Assembly (NCBI GenBank): GCA_002633005.1
Contig: NMRA01000328.1
Coordinates: forward strand, 61,195 to 125,194
Source: Phoronis australis
Taxonomy: Eukaryota; Animalia; Phoronida
Direction of reading: 5' to 3'
DNA: 64,000 bases
Every line of letters begins with the position of its first letter. Position 1 is the first letter of the stretch. The position numbers and the translations under genes are program-made. The notes beneath the pieces are model-generated. The model saw only the letters and a program-made list of their open reading frames with translations, searched no databases and was not told the origin of the DNA. Positions 20,801 through 51,229 of this stretch are shown piece by piece.

Positions 20801-21971
20801 TGATATAAAACTAACGGGTATTGTTCACAAACAGAGGTCTTCAAGCTTACCAAACTTCCTTTCTTTCGAGTCATATCAATACCATCGGATGTTTTAATAC
20901 GTTATTCTCACGTTCTTGATGGATTTAACCGCTGTTTCTCGTTGTGCAGTTTGATTGGGCAACATGAAATTCAACTTCCCCGCATGAACAGCTGACACGT
21001 TTATTTCTTGTCTCCGTATTGCGTTGTCTATGCGGTTTCTTCATTTTGTCCATAGGGTTCTAGGTTGTTCAATTTTTTTCTTCTAGTGCCCTAATTGTTT
21101 ATCGATAATTGATGCTCGAATCTGGGGAGGCAATTGCTTCACTGCCACCGCCTGCCTAATACGTCAATGTTTAGAATGAGCTGTGATCGCCTCTCAGGGT
21201 TGATATCTATTATTCAGGTCCATAAAAATGATAAAATATTCCAGAATAAAGAGCAACGCCCTCTGGCGACTCTTCAACACACTGCGCTATTTTTCCGTGG
21301 TTTTAACTGTGGCGTGTGTGAGGTTGTAGCTCAGGTTCCGTAGTAAAGACTTTCCGTTGTGCGCGGACTTTTCAGTTGTGGAGGCCGGGACGTAAGGGTT
21401 TTGTTCTGCAAGTGCTTGTTCCCTCGTCTGATGTTATTTCTTGCCAATCATAAGAGTGAAAAACGCTTATTGGTAGACCTTCTCGAACGAAATTGATCAA
21501 AATTAAACGAAACTGTTATCTCCAGTTGAATAAACGATGCAGAAGTGGAATAGTTTTCTCTGAACTACTGTCAAGGCTGCGCCCATGGGCATGCAAGCAA
21601 CTGGCTAAGCAACGTACATGACGCCTTCTCAGTAGTGTAGTGGGCTACTTCTATACACTACCAAAGATAGCCCGGAGTATCTTCGACACTACCATGGGCA
21701 GCGCAGCACTGAAAAAAGTGGGGGCTATAGCCCCCCAGCTCCCCCCTGTGGTGCACCGCCCATAGACCATGGGCGCCGGAGCACTGAAAAAGTGGGGGGC
21801 TATAACCCTGCAGCCCCCTATAGTGCGCCGCCCATGACTACTTACAACGTTCATGTTGACCTCGGGATCTTCGTGGTGATTTAGAGACACGGATAACTTG
21901 AGGTTGAGTCCTTGAGTGGAGCTCACGGTGACGAGCATGGCAGCCCACAAACCGCAAAAATACGTCTGCAT
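11819..21971 (-). CDS. Lysosomal acid lipase / gastric triacylglycerol lipase family (LIPA/LIPF-like), 9 coding exons, 407 aa
   Basis: Minus-strand exons are 21971-21846, 19477-19279, 16908-16794, 16302-16152, 15712-15635, 15248-15087, 14736-14665 (identical copy at 14177-14106), 13146-12988 and 11980-11819. Phases are consistent and total 1224 nt. There is a signal-peptide-like N-terminus and the motifs [50 protein letters not shown] (catalytic Ser), [21 protein letters not shown] (Asp) and HLDFIW (His). Confidence 0.93.
13806..14919. repeat. Tandem duplication of about 555 bp spanning an N, containing lipase exon 7
   Basis: 13806-14360 and about 14368-14919 are near-identical (a 3-bp indel and one C/T difference seen), separated by the N at 14361. 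Confidence 0.9.
17490..18741 (+). mobile_element. Helentron-associated (HINE-like) non-autonomous element with internal tandem repeats
   Basis: Starts AACAAG, with subterminal atgcgcccac at about 17515. Degenerate tandem units (aaattt..taaaaatc...gccactagggg) are followed by a (GGAC/GACG)n microsatellite at 18635-18693, a terminal hairpin atgcgtccacatat/atatgtgggcgcat at 18707-18736 and an A-run. Confidence 0.7.
21693..21836. mobile_element. Dimeric GC-rich MITE in lipase intron 1
   Basis: Same structure as 9807-9948, with 5-bp duplication actac at 21688-21692 and 21837-21841. Confidence 0.75.
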
Positions 21972-24814
21972 CGTGGCCAGTGCACAGCACAGCACAGTTT
22001 TACAAATAAAGTATTGGTTGGTGGGAAAAGTGGTGGATCGACTCTTTTTTACCACGGCGTCAGTTGTTGCTCATCGTTGCGCAGGGCCCTAGCTCAGTAT
22101 CATTTCAGCTTATCGATGTAGCATAGGCTTGTTATTTACTGATGACAGCGGCGTCACACAAACACGTATGTCGGCCGCACGACGTATTTACCTAACGAGA
22201 ATGAAGTCTGACATTTGGCATTGATAGGCCGTCCACACAATGGCCGGGTCGTGGGCCGATAATATCAGTCCGAAGTCTAACTTCGACGACAATAATATAA
22301 TGGCCAATCAGTTATAAGCCAAGAATCGTGGCACTTGCACTGAAATCCACAAGGGTTGGTCAATCACTTAAGCGACGACCCAGGGCGACGACTAAGAACG
22401 TCCTCTGTTCAGTGAAATATTGCTTCCTTGCTGTGTTGGGCGGTCACATGACTAGTTGACCTACCGTAAAATCCCGTATATATATATATATATGCCTAAG
22501 TATAATATGCCTGTAAGGCTATTGTGGATTTGACCGTTCGACATGGAGTTTGAGTGTCCGGCACTGCAGTAGCCATGGGTGGCGAAGAGGCAGTTATCAA
22601 GCAATGTAGGCTATAACCCCGCGAGGAAATTTGCGTAAAATGCTATGTCCGAGCGACGTAGTATCTCATTGACAGGTCATAAAGTCTTGCTATCCAGGTT
22701 TAGCGAATCACTATCTTAACCCCGTGAATATTCACAAATTTTGATACGGGTAGTTGCACGCTCATCGAACCCGAGTACCGAATTGATGCGGTTTAAATGA
22801 TTACATGGCTTCCCCCAGCTAACGTACATACGTTAGACAAACCCAAGAATTTTTCAAAAAGTCCAAAGTACCCGACCGATGGATAAGTCCGTATGTTCAC
22901 GAACGTCCGACAAAAACCGTTGTTCGTTAATTATTTCAGAATAAGAACGAGTCCATGTACAAGCCCAACGTCAGTTTTCCAGAATTAAAAGGTTCGACGT
23001 AACCGAAAACTAATAATGCGAAGCGGTCGATAGCGGAGCAGAGAACATAAAACTAACATGCTACTAAACTTTTCGAAATTGGGTAGTCAACCGGTTTGCG
23101 TACCACGTAGCCTACAGATCACAGTCAGTGACCCATATACTTTTTGGTTAATCAAATTGCCTCAGGCTGCTGATGTTATTGTTCTCTAGATAAAGAGACT
23201 GATCATAAACATAGTACTGGGCCGGGAGCGACAACGGTATATTTAAATGCCAAGTTTGTGAAAACCATATTTGAATAGTTCGTGAAAAGCACACGTGCGT
23301 GATTAGGTTTTTGAACTTTGAAAAGTCTCGCGGCGTTCCAAGCCTCGTTTTAAGACAAAAATTTTGTCTTAAGCTTCCACCTTGCGATTTCACGGCTGGA
23401 AAAAAGGTTTAGCCAATAACTATGACTGCATCACAGCCAGCTGAAAGTACCATACAGAAATTATCTCTATGGCTAGCAGTTACGTGTGTATTGACTTTGC
23501 ATTTTTGCCCAAGTGAAATTTAATTATTTTTCTGAAGCAGTTGTTTGGAGTGCAAGGCCAAATTTATGAATGAAGTCTTGAGTCACTTTTCCCGAACCCC
23601 GGTCCTCATATATTTTGTGTCATGCCATCTCCTATTAAGTCACAAGAAGACAAGAATCGAGTCAAAAACGTTGTCAGTTTGACTGTAAACATTCGCTATT
23701 CGACAGCGTACCGGTGAAAATGTATTCAATTGAACGCGGTCGGTCATAGGGTACAAATTCTTCCTGTCGTCGATTTTCCCGCACTGATCGCACATACTCA
23801 TCCGTCACTCACACTGGCTGATTTCTGTTCGTGTTGGTTAGTGCCGTGACACCAAAGACGTTATGTCTCTCTCTACCTCCCCTTCCCCTCAGTCCCCTGA
23901 CACGGCCGGGGGGTACCTGATTTTTGGACCGGAGCGGGATACCTACCGGCACAAAAAAGTGACCCATTTAGTGACCAATTTTGTGTAATAGTTGACATTT
24001 TCGCACAGTTCTGTACTAGAAATTCAGAAAAAGACACCCTTCTGAATAGTATTTTGTCGAAATGGCACCAATTTCGAGGGTTTGTGCAGGAGACTGAGGT
24101 CGGCACTGATTTATTAGTCCCGGCCCCAGTCGCCCGCCGGCGCGCGGTCGGGTGCTGTTCGAATAAAAGGCCGGTACTAATTTCTAACCGCCGGATCGAA
24201 AGTGTCCGAAATTTGGCGGGGCGCAACCTGTTGAAAATTGTATTTGCCAAGTCAAGTTTTATCGTAGTCAATGGTCCCAAAATTGATACTTTAATGAGCG
24301 GTGCGTTTCTGTCGCCTTTTTTTCGGCGCTTAGCACTGAACACCAATAACTTGAAAGTCCTCGCTGGTTCCGTGCCTGCTCATAGCCCAGCCAGCACGCA
24401 GCCATCACGCAGTGGCACGTGCTTTAGCATTGGTCCATGTAACCTCGGCAGTCATTGGTTAGCTTTACAACACCGTGAAAAAATGGCGGACTGTGAACGA
24501 TTTTCTGAGCCTAATTGTCATGCAGAGTGGCCGTCGCAGCACCTGTTTCGCTTAGTGCAGTGATGTTTCATAGCCGCCGTGATTCAGGGCTTGAAGCACA
24601 CTGATACATATACAATAAACACATATCGTAAGCAAAAGTCATCGACAGTAGAAAGATGCATTACGAAAAGGCGCAATTACAATTTCTAGCCGGGCTTCAC
24701 ATTTCCGTAACATAAAATTTAAGCATCGATTTGTCTGTACAACAGACCACATTTACACTTCAGGCCTTCAGTCATGCCAGTTTGTTTGCGTAAAGCGCTC
24801 CCTGTTGAGAATTC

Positions 24815-25062
24815 GACTAGCCAATCAGAAACGCCGGTGTAAAAAAATTACCGAGGAAAATTAAGTGGTACCTGCGTGCTGGCGCGGCTACCGCCCCACC
24901 TAGCGGCACGCAGGGAACCAGCAAGTAATAAAGTCTGGACTCGAGACTAGTTTGAATCTTAGCGCCACCATCGACCATCACTGTAACTACATTAGTGCAT
25001 TGTGGGTAATAACAGGAACGGAGGTGGAAGCGTCATCCCGCAGAAACATTCGTTTCGGTAAA
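24815..25062 (+). promoter_or_regulatory. Probable promoter and first non-coding exon of the zinc-finger gene
   Basis: A CpG-richer stretch carries a CCAAT box (gccaatcag, about 24820), ACTACA followed by TGCATTGTGGGTAA (reverse-strand Staf/ZNF143-type site, about 24986-25009), an ETS-like GGAAG and a candidate donor CG|gtaaac at about 25058. It lies about 1.1 kb upstream of the acceptor at 26137. Confidence 0.5.
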
Positions 25063-26144
25063 CAGTTCAGATAAAATAAGCACTGTAGAAAAATATTTCT
25101 CTGCTAGCTATTCATTATGTGTTTGATATGGCATGTGAAACCATTCAACTGACGCGCTATGACCCACAGCTTGCGTTATTACTGCCTCACTTTGAATTGT
25201 TATTCATGCCAACCCAAACTGCCAAGACCTTGGCAAAAACCTTCAAGCGAACTCAGTTGTAACCGCCATTTTTTCTTTTGACTTAATTCATTTTCCATTG
25301 GATTATTGTTTAATCTTTCGGAATTTCTCGACTTATGTAACCAGTTGTTGAATTCAAAGACAACCATCTTTAATTCTGTTGTGAAGTGCAACCCGTGTGA
25401 GTTGAGACTCTTTGTGAAAAGTCTGCCAGTATTTTTGACAGTAGCTGAGGAACTTGGCAAGTTCATACAAATAACCACGTTCTTGAATATTGGTAAAACT
25501 TTCCACTATATTAAAGCAAATTCTATGTAAATATAATGATGTAAATTTTAACCAACTTTCAGTGAGTTTTCAACGATTGGCAATCTTATTCAACAAACAG
25601 TAATTGATTAATCATTCACATATTCACCAGATTCTGTGACACCAGTTTTGGTAAATGAAAAAAGGGCAATTTTGGGGCTAATAATTACAAAAATTTTAAA
25701 CTCTGAACAAAAAAATCACCATGGTTTTTAATGAGTATATTTCACGATCTTGAGATTAAGCAGAATGCCAAGTCCGTGCACAGCAGTACTAGGCTAGTTT
25801 GTGAACTGGGCCAGTGAAGCTGGCTCAGACGTTGGCTGCAGGCTCCTTAATTGTTTGGATGCTTTCAACAGTTTCAAGTTTTTCAGTTGTGAAGAAACCT
25901 GTAACTTCTTTTTTGCGAGAAGCTTTTTTCTTCTTTTGAACTTACTCTGCCGTAGTCAACAAAATTGTGACCCCCGCTAATAGCAGACTGTCCATAATCA
26001 ACACTACTCTTTATCAACTAAAAACAAACTTTCCTTCTCAGCAGGAATGCTGTACTCACTTCAGCTTAAGTGAAATTGTGGAGTTCAGTGATAATTTGCC
26101 TAAAGTGAGACATTTGGATGGATATAATATGTTTCAGGTTCAAA

Positions 26145-42744
<16,600 letters not shown>

Positions 42745-45594
42745 ACCCATAAATATTTTGTAATGAGGTTTTACCCAAGTGCATATTGCTGAAGGGGAAG
42801 AATTGACCAAATGTTTACCCACCCTGCAGCAGGGAGAATTGATCATCTGTTTACCCAACTTGTGGCAGGATGATCGGAGACTCCTGGATAGGGACTGAAA
42901 ACTCCAGTGATCATTTTCAAACATTGCCACTGATAATTTTCCGGAGCAGGTTTGTTAAAAAACGTAGATTTTCCAGTCTTACGCAATATTGCTCTTGACT
43001 ATTATTGTGCGAGACCAGAGTCGATAATTTGGTTTATCAGGGTGGGCCATTTTGTGCCCCAAGTAAGGTATTGAGGAATAACAAACTTTCAATTCTTTTC
43101 AAATCTAGATATGACTTGTAGTCTGATTAAGGTAGTGGCCTAAACCATGAGCTTGTCTCTTTGACAGAAGGAAAGTATCGTTTTTAAAACATTTGGCAAT
43201 TCCCAGCCTACTTCATATTCACATCGATGCAATATGTTTTGTTTCTAATAATTTGACCAAGCAATCACAGAGATAAGGATAAAACTACATACGTCCCCCT
43301 GATGGCAGTTTAGGTAATGAACACTTTTGTGCTTGATCATTGTTTTTGGGACCAATTCTCTATCATTTTAAGCTGCATTTCATTCTTGTTTTGGTGGCTA
43401 AAAGCAAGAATTGAATTGGGCCATTTAGTCTCATAAAATCAGTCTCATAATGTCATTTACCATGATGGGATTCTATTTCCATTTCCAAATGTGTGCGCGT
43501 GTGTGTGGTTATCAATGTTGTGTTGCTTGCTGTTTTCTTTCAAAAATAATTATCTGTTCACTCATTTCATTTTTCCATGAAAGCTTCATGACTATAGGAA
43601 TGAAAAAAAATGGATGGAATTGAAATACAAACTTTTAATCAATTATGCTTCTTCATGAATACATTTTCTTGCATTTCGCTGGGGCAGGTTGCTTAAACCA
43701 CGAGATTTTATTTTCCAAATGTTTGGACAACTTTAGGCACATCGCTTGCTACAAAGTATCATGTACTATTATTAGCTATTCTCGCTCACTCAAGGATAAC
43801 ATAGATGAAATCCCGCTGGGTTGAATAACCTCAGGCTTCATCAATGAATAGATGATTTAACTGATTGGAGGTATTCATCTGCTCAAAATGTCACGTAGCC
43901 TGCGAAGAATTCTTTCATTTGTCTCCGATCTCCTAATCCTCAAGTTTACTGTGGCTTCCAGCCATACTATTAAGCGCTTCCAAAGAATTTGCATCTGAGT
44001 TATTAAATTTTTATTTTGAAGTGTCTGCTTTTTCATTCCAAGAAGATTTTATTGTCTCTTTGTATTGCTGAAATCTAGATTGGAATTTTGTTTGTTTCAT
44101 TTTATATTTTTTGAAATGTCAAAAGCGGATATTTATTCTTGCTGATAAGTGATCTTAGTCAGTTGCTAGATTTTCGGTGTAGATTTTAAAGATTTAGTTC
44201 TCACGACATTTCATTGATGTGTGCGTTCCTGTTTGTGTGCTGGCTTCGTGGTCATGTGAGTATCTAAGTATTCTAATTCTGTTGATCACTACGTATCGGT
44301 CTGTTTGACTTCTTAGTTGCTTAAGGCATATCTCGGTCCAGTTTTAAGGAAAGGTGTTCTATTTTCTGATATTAGAAAACATTCCCAATAGAAATCTATA
44401 GAACTATGAAATTAATTATAATATTACAAAGACTTTGGGATGCAGGTGGTCATTTTGATTTGCATTAAATGACCAGACGAGTGAAGCCAACTTCTCGAGC
44501 ATGGTCTTGGAACAGTTTTTACAAATAAGATGCATTTTAATGAAATATGGATTATCATCAGTTAAACTTGATGCTGCAGTTATTCAAACAGAACTGTTTG
44601 TGACCACAGGTCTGTGTTGTACAAAACTGAAAAATCAAAAGGTGACTAAGCTGATTGTCTAGATTATTTACAGTAAATTACAGTCACCTGCTAACTTTTG
44701 CTCTTGCTCGGATGAAACCTTGGAATGTTTTCAAAGCTCATCTCCACTTGAATCTCGCTGATGTTTTCTTCTGACCACAGATGAAAAACACGTCTGCTTT
44801 GATGGTAGATCAGTGTAAGATTTTATCGAGATCTATACAATGCATGCATTGTCAGTAATTGTGTCTTGATAATCATCCACCTGTGTCATTGGGTGTAAAA
44901 TACTGTAACATGAGAGAACCTGGCTTGAATAGACCAATGCATTCCTCAGTCACTGTGACTAGACGTCATCCGGTTGCACAGTTTGTCTGCTTTATTTGTG
45001 CTTACCATTATCATCTCAAATTAGTGCTACTTATGAAAGGTCCACAATTGGTGTAGCAAAAACGTTGCAAAGCCTATCAATTGCAAAATATATAGGATAG
45101 CATATTGAAAAATAAAGAATTTTCGAGGTCATTTGACGTGGAAGAACTCATGTTTAAAGTCCTTGTTGTTGGACATTTTTGAAAGATTAAGAAAATGTAT
45201 TTGAAATTAATTGCATACTCGAAATCTCCGCTATTTATGTGAAGCAAATTTACTGGAGTGTGAATGGATGTCATATGAGGATCTGCAAAGTTTTGAGCAG
45301 CCACTTTTGTAACAGTTATGTAACATAGCGCTGTTGTGTTTGATGGTCATGGTGATAAAATAAGTTAACTCCAACAAACAACACCAACAATTTTCTTGCC
45401 ATGATAGCATTTAGTTTCAATCTTCAGAACGAATCTTGAGATAAGCTCTAATTGACATCAAGCAATCTAGTTTTAGAAGGTTTAACCTACCCTCTGATAA
45501 CTGATAGGTTTTCGTCAATATCTTTTAGTTGTCAATGTTGAGAGATCTGCTTGGAGTTGGAAATGTTTTTATCATGGTATGGATTCTGTCATTG

Positions 45595-46087
45595 AGTAAC
45601 CAATCATACCTCTCGGAGAGGTGCCAGGTTGTATCCCTTGGTGGACATCTGTCTGAGTTCCGAGGTATTACACACGGTGTCCCCCAGGGATCCATCCTGG
45701 GACCTCTGCTGTTTTTACTTTTTATAAATGATCTCTCTTTAGTCTGTAAAAATATGGTTGACATGTATGCAGATGATACTTTGTCAGTTGTGGCAAAACT
45801 CGCTGATTGCTGTAAGAAACAGACTCCAGTCTGATTTGGAGAAATCTCTCTACCTGGTGTGTTGATAACAAAATGATAATTAATACTGAAAAACAAAATG
45901 TATTGAGTATTGCCTCAGAGCAATGTCATAGTAGAAGGGACCTTGAACTTAATCTTGCTATTTCGGGTGTACAGCTCAAACAGGTTAACAGTGATAAGTT
46001 ATTGACAAGATCAGCTGGTCTAGCCATATTAGTGGGACTGTGTCCAAAATTAGACAGCATCTTGGTCTTCTCTCATGGTATACATAG
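45595..46087 (+). mobile_element. Decayed LINE (CR1/L2-group) reverse transcriptase fragment
   Basis: [20 protein letters not shown] and MYADDT RT motifs, followed by frameshifts. Truncated at the N at 46088. Confidence 0.85.
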
Positions 46088-46088
46088 N

Positions 46089-46585
46089 AAAAGTAAAACA
46101 GCAAGAGCGTAGGGAAATGTTGAGTTTATTAATTAACCGCGGTAATTAAAATTATACGGATGAAACAAGATTTAAATGTGTGCAGTTTTAGTGTTGGAGG
46201 GGGGGGGCTCAGATCCAATTTCAAGTGTCAAATTTGGAACACGGCGCAATGGTAACGGAACTATGGCTAAGTATAGACTCTCCTGCGATATCCCAGGCGA
46301 CCGGCAGTGGCGTTCGCACTACGACTCCGTTTCCGTCGTCTGCTCCACTGCGCAATGAAGAAAATTACTTCATTTTTAAAGAAAATGGAACCTGAGTGAC
46401 AATGAAAAAACAGAAGCTGCTGGTAAGATGTGAATTTTAATTGAAGCCTTAAGTTAGTGAATCACTCAGAAACTCATAATTCTCTCTTTGTCAAACCTTA
46501 ACTTAAGACGATTTCCAAAGATATCCCGTCATTATTGCCAACACGAAAAACGGATTTGGTCTTTTGGGCAATTGAAGACTATTGA
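46089..46585 (-). repeat. Partial copy of the MITE at 59553-61885, lacking the pogo-like insert
   Basis: The reverse complement matches about 59982-60291 joined directly to 61660-61836. Confidence 0.85.
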
Positions 46586-49500
46586 ACTAACTTCTCATCT
46601 GAGCAAAGAACAAGTTGAGACTAGTTTTATAGCAGTAAGTGATCTCAGCCAAAAGTTTGCTTCTTGAAGGGAACATGGGTTTACAGCCTCATTAAGTATT
46701 ATACGGTATGTTGCGTGTACTTTCTTATATCTCAGTGAGACCAACTTTGTAAGGGGAAGTCGTCTAATCACCAAACATCATTTTCTTGCTGAACTGTTTA
46801 CTGTTATTGAGCTTATAGTTGTAGTTCCTTTTACCCACATTTCAGCCAAACTTGATACCTCTCTTAAAGCCCCTTCAGTGTTACCCTCAGCATGAGGTGC
46901 TGGTGAAATGTTAGACCTACCACTGATTGCCATCTCAGTACTCTTATTGTTGTTGAAGCCATTTCATTCCATGCATTCTGACCCTTTAAAGTGTGAAATC
47001 ACAGAATGGGTCGTCATCATGTATTAAACCACCGAAGCATACTTGTTTTGAACTACTTTTCACTGATGGCACGCGACTAACCATGCAACCCTCAGGGGCC
47101 CAGACTTCATTGGTTGACGCACATTATAAATGGCTCAGGTAGCCAATTGTGTGTGATCACAATGCGGTTTTGATTATGCATCTTATTACACACCATGGAA
47201 ATTGATAATAGGGACAGATGTTCATTAAGTGATCATTTCATTGTGTGAGGTTTTTTGTCACTAGCATTGTATCACAGATCATGGGCAGTAATGGAATTTA
47301 TACCTGTTTGATGTACACTCATTCAATGTGTTGGGTATGTGTTGTTGGAGATTGATTTCAAATTTAATGGATGCAGAAAGGTGTTTTGTACTTCATCTTT
47401 AGGAATTTAAAATCAACAATTTTTGTCAAATAAAACTAAGGTGTGCAGGGATCATCTTAGAAGAACATGGGTATGAGTAAATTAGTCCACACCTGTGGAC
47501 CAATTTGTAGGACCTATGAGCTTTGCTATTTTTTTGTATATTTTCGCTTCCAATTTTAATGTGCCTGTTGGCTCAAGCTAAGGAATCACAGTGCCAATGA
47601 TGCGGGGTGCGCTCCTAATATTATACCTAGTGTGTGCATTGATGAATGTTGAAGAAATTTACGAAGGCATTTCAGTGTTATCCAAGAGCTTTAAAATAGG
47701 CATAAGGGATTGATCAGAGGGACACTTGGACTCCAGAAATGTAACTGAAATTGCTTTACTAAAATTATTACTTTTCTTGTATTTTTGCTTTTATGTCACT
47801 TATATGGTTGGTTCTTTTCATACTGGGATTGGCTTTGTGACTGGTGCTGCTGACAGTGCTGACATGAAGCCCTTTTGGGCTTCAAAAAGAAAAGAATCTC
47901 CATATTCAAATAGAAAAAATGCTATAAACCCCCCCAGAAAAGTACATGCGTGTACAAAATTAAATCATCTTCACCAGATTTTCCCAATGCCTGTCATTAT
48001 AACCTCACTATGAAACAAAATTCATTTTTGCCCTGTTGCATTCCAGAAGGATGAGTTATCTTATTGTCATTATTTGTTGCTCAGATCAGTTGTTAATTTG
48101 ATAGTCAGGGGCCTGGATTTATTCATATTCTTTGTGCGTACTTACGTGTGGGAAGCAATGTTTTATCACCATTCACTACTGACCCCTTGTGCCAGAACGT
48201 TGGAGATGCCAATTTCTTCACAATTTTTTTATTTCATTTGTTGTTATAAAATTGGTCTCAAACTGTTCCTTAATCTAATTAGAACGATTTATTTGCTTGG
48301 ATAAGATTAACAGGTTCTTATTGTCTGAGATCAGGTTCTACTAGTTGGCTTGCCACGTGGGATCATTTTATGTGCCCAGTCTAGAGTCGAACTATAACAA
48401 AATGTCATTTTTTATCGCTGAAAGCACTTGTCATATGAGTTAGGTACATGTTGTGTTGTTAGTTGTCTTTTTATTTCATTGATGGAACACATTATTCTAG
48501 CTGTCCTTATTTCTAACCCTGGCATTGTTGTGGTTGGTTTGTTCACTTAGTTAAAATAAGTCTGACTTTTTCTATTAAGTTTCAAACGGTAATATGTAAC
48601 ATATATCGGAAAATGTTAATTGCCAAAATTATGCTTTTCATTTTTTCTGTGCTAATTCTGTTGTGAATCCCCACTATTACTCAAACATTGTTTGAAGGTA
48701 GGCATTTTATCATTTTAAAAAATTATAAAGCATTTATTTGGTGCTACTTAGCTTTTATGGCAACAGACTTCTGCAACTTCTCTCAGGAAGAGCCAAACAG
48801 GTTCAATTTGTCGACTTGCAGGTCGCTAATGCGACCTCAGATTGTGTTTGGCGATCGGGTAAAAATCCCAAGTTACCATGAAGTCACCACACCACATTCA
48901 AGCACGCACTTGAAAAACTACATGAAGTAAATCGACATAAGTTGGAACTGTTGGGCTGATATCAGGAGGATCTGATCATGATCGTCTGCCTCAGGATGCA
49001 AGCTTATGCATGGGATATTAGGTTTAAGAGGGGAAATGGAGGGAAAAACGCTACCCAGGCAGTCTCAGTTACGCTGGTGAACATACTAGGTTTTTTTGAG
49101 TTCGCCAACTTTTCAGTTTCGGTGTTCTATCTTTGGCTCTTGCCAGCAAGATTTGGCAATCTTACTTCCCATTTGGCGGCCTGCGAATTTCGCCAGGTCG
49201 CATTTGGTGATTTGGCGTTACTTAGCGTCTAGCCCAGCTATATATGCATAAGAAAGTTTTTAATCATGAGTTTCAAATCGGGTGTTTCGTGAACGGGACA
49301 GACCCATGTGGCCTGCATCTGTTCGATATAATTTAGGAATTGGACTGCCTGCAATATTTTTATGGAAAAGTGAAAAATTTTACTTGTCCGCATCTTGTGG
49401 TCTAAACTGGGGAGATTTTATTGTGGTATTATAATGATAATTATTATGATAATGATAATAACAATATCATCACAGTTATTATTACTACTATTAATAACAC

Positions 49501-51229
49501 TTTCAACTAAGCACCTCACTACAATGTAAATTGATACTGCTGTAAAAACCTTCGTACATAGAAAAGGGGAATTGCTAAAGAAATTGCTTTTGAACCCTGG
49601 GTGCACACGTGAAAACAAGAGATATCAAATGTGGTCACAGGTCACCAACGTCCAATGAATATTGTTGTAGTACAAGTCTTTGTAGTCACACTTCTTTGTG
49701 TCGTTGTGGGCTGGCACCTGTTTCACCTTATGCAGATCATTAATTACCACTTTACAGCCTGACAATCAGAATGTGCCGACATGTACCTATTGTAATTAGT
49801 GCAGGTGTTAAGAGTTACATTAATCCCATGTGCGCCTCTGTTTGCTCCTTCCTTCTCTAAAGGAAGGTGTTGACTTGGTCCCCTCCGAATTAATCCTAGG
49901 TGTTCTTCATGGTGATATGACTTAATGTTCACTAGATACTGCCAAAGAAGAAAAGTTCCTCTTAACAGCTGAATGGATTTTGGACAGAAAGCAGTTCCTC
50001 AGAATGGATGTTCATGGTATAAGGGTCCCACGTCATTACGTGAATACATGCATTTCTGTGAGTGACCCTTGTTTCTCTAGCGGCACTTGGTAAATTTCAA
50101 ATTCCCTGTTACGGTTATGTAGTTGGACCCTAGAAAAATTCCAATTTTGGCCAACTTCAGAACATCGTTTCACAGAATCGGATTCACATGACTTGTCATT
50201 AAAAGTCCTATATAAAGTTAATGGTTGTAATCTGCAGTTGCACTAAAGCCATGCTTTTATTGGTACCTTTAGTATTGTGTAGCAAGGTGTACACATAGAG
50301 GTGTACACAGGGTGTACACATGGAGGTGACATGGGAGACTATTTACACCCTGGTGTGATTCTCAATCATTGGTACATTTAGGGATCAGTTACTAAACAGT
50401 GCTGCAGTTTGAGTGAATACACCCTAAATTAGGATTAGGTATTGACCAAAAAGTCATAATGAAGTCAAGCTTTGCAAAAAATGTTTTGACTAAAGATAGT
50501 AACTTGCAGGGGAACCACCTAGAACCACCCGTGCTGTAATTTTGTTTCTATGTTTTTGTATGTTGTGGTCCTGAATAAACGTTTTTCAGTTACGTGTCTT
50601 TAAACTCTATTAGAAATGTCATTTCCCACATTGTACAGGCTGGGCTTTCCCATCCCGTTCAAGTCAGTGTGTCTGACTGCTGGATAGGATCCAGTGATGG
50701 CCCTTGTGAATGAAAGGTATTTATTACAATGAGGCTATGAGGGCCATACCAAACACCTGATCCCTGACGATATATCGGTTTTTAATAAACCAGTGTCTGT
50801 TTCAGTTCAGCAGAAAGCCATTTCTTATGTTAACTCGCATTGAGCCATCTCTTTTCGGCCATTCGGCATATAAGGGTTACATTGTTGATGGTCTGCATGC
50901 ACAATTGATTTGGAATGTGTCTATGTCAACTCATTCATAAATTCAGTTTGTGAAGGATTGCCCTGTTGGCTTTAGATTTAGATTTGTTTTTATCAAAGGT
51001 CTCACTGGGTCAGATATTTAGCCATGTTAAAAGTACACATGCCAAGCTATTCTTGCTGGTATATTTCACTATGCCATTAATTGCAAACAGAATGAAAATG
51101 GAGATATGCAATATCATTATATTTTATTGCTTGGATAGTGTCTTTTTGTTAGCACACATAATACTTACTATAGTGTTCTTTTCTGCCAGGAATGTCATAG
51201 TTAAATTTCAACAGATGATGTCGTGGCAT

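Noticed and set aside
23873-24563. Overlapping 157-aa and 169-aa ORFs
   Set aside because: No recognisable motifs. They lie in GC-richer repeat-like or promoter DNA where long ORFs arise by chance.
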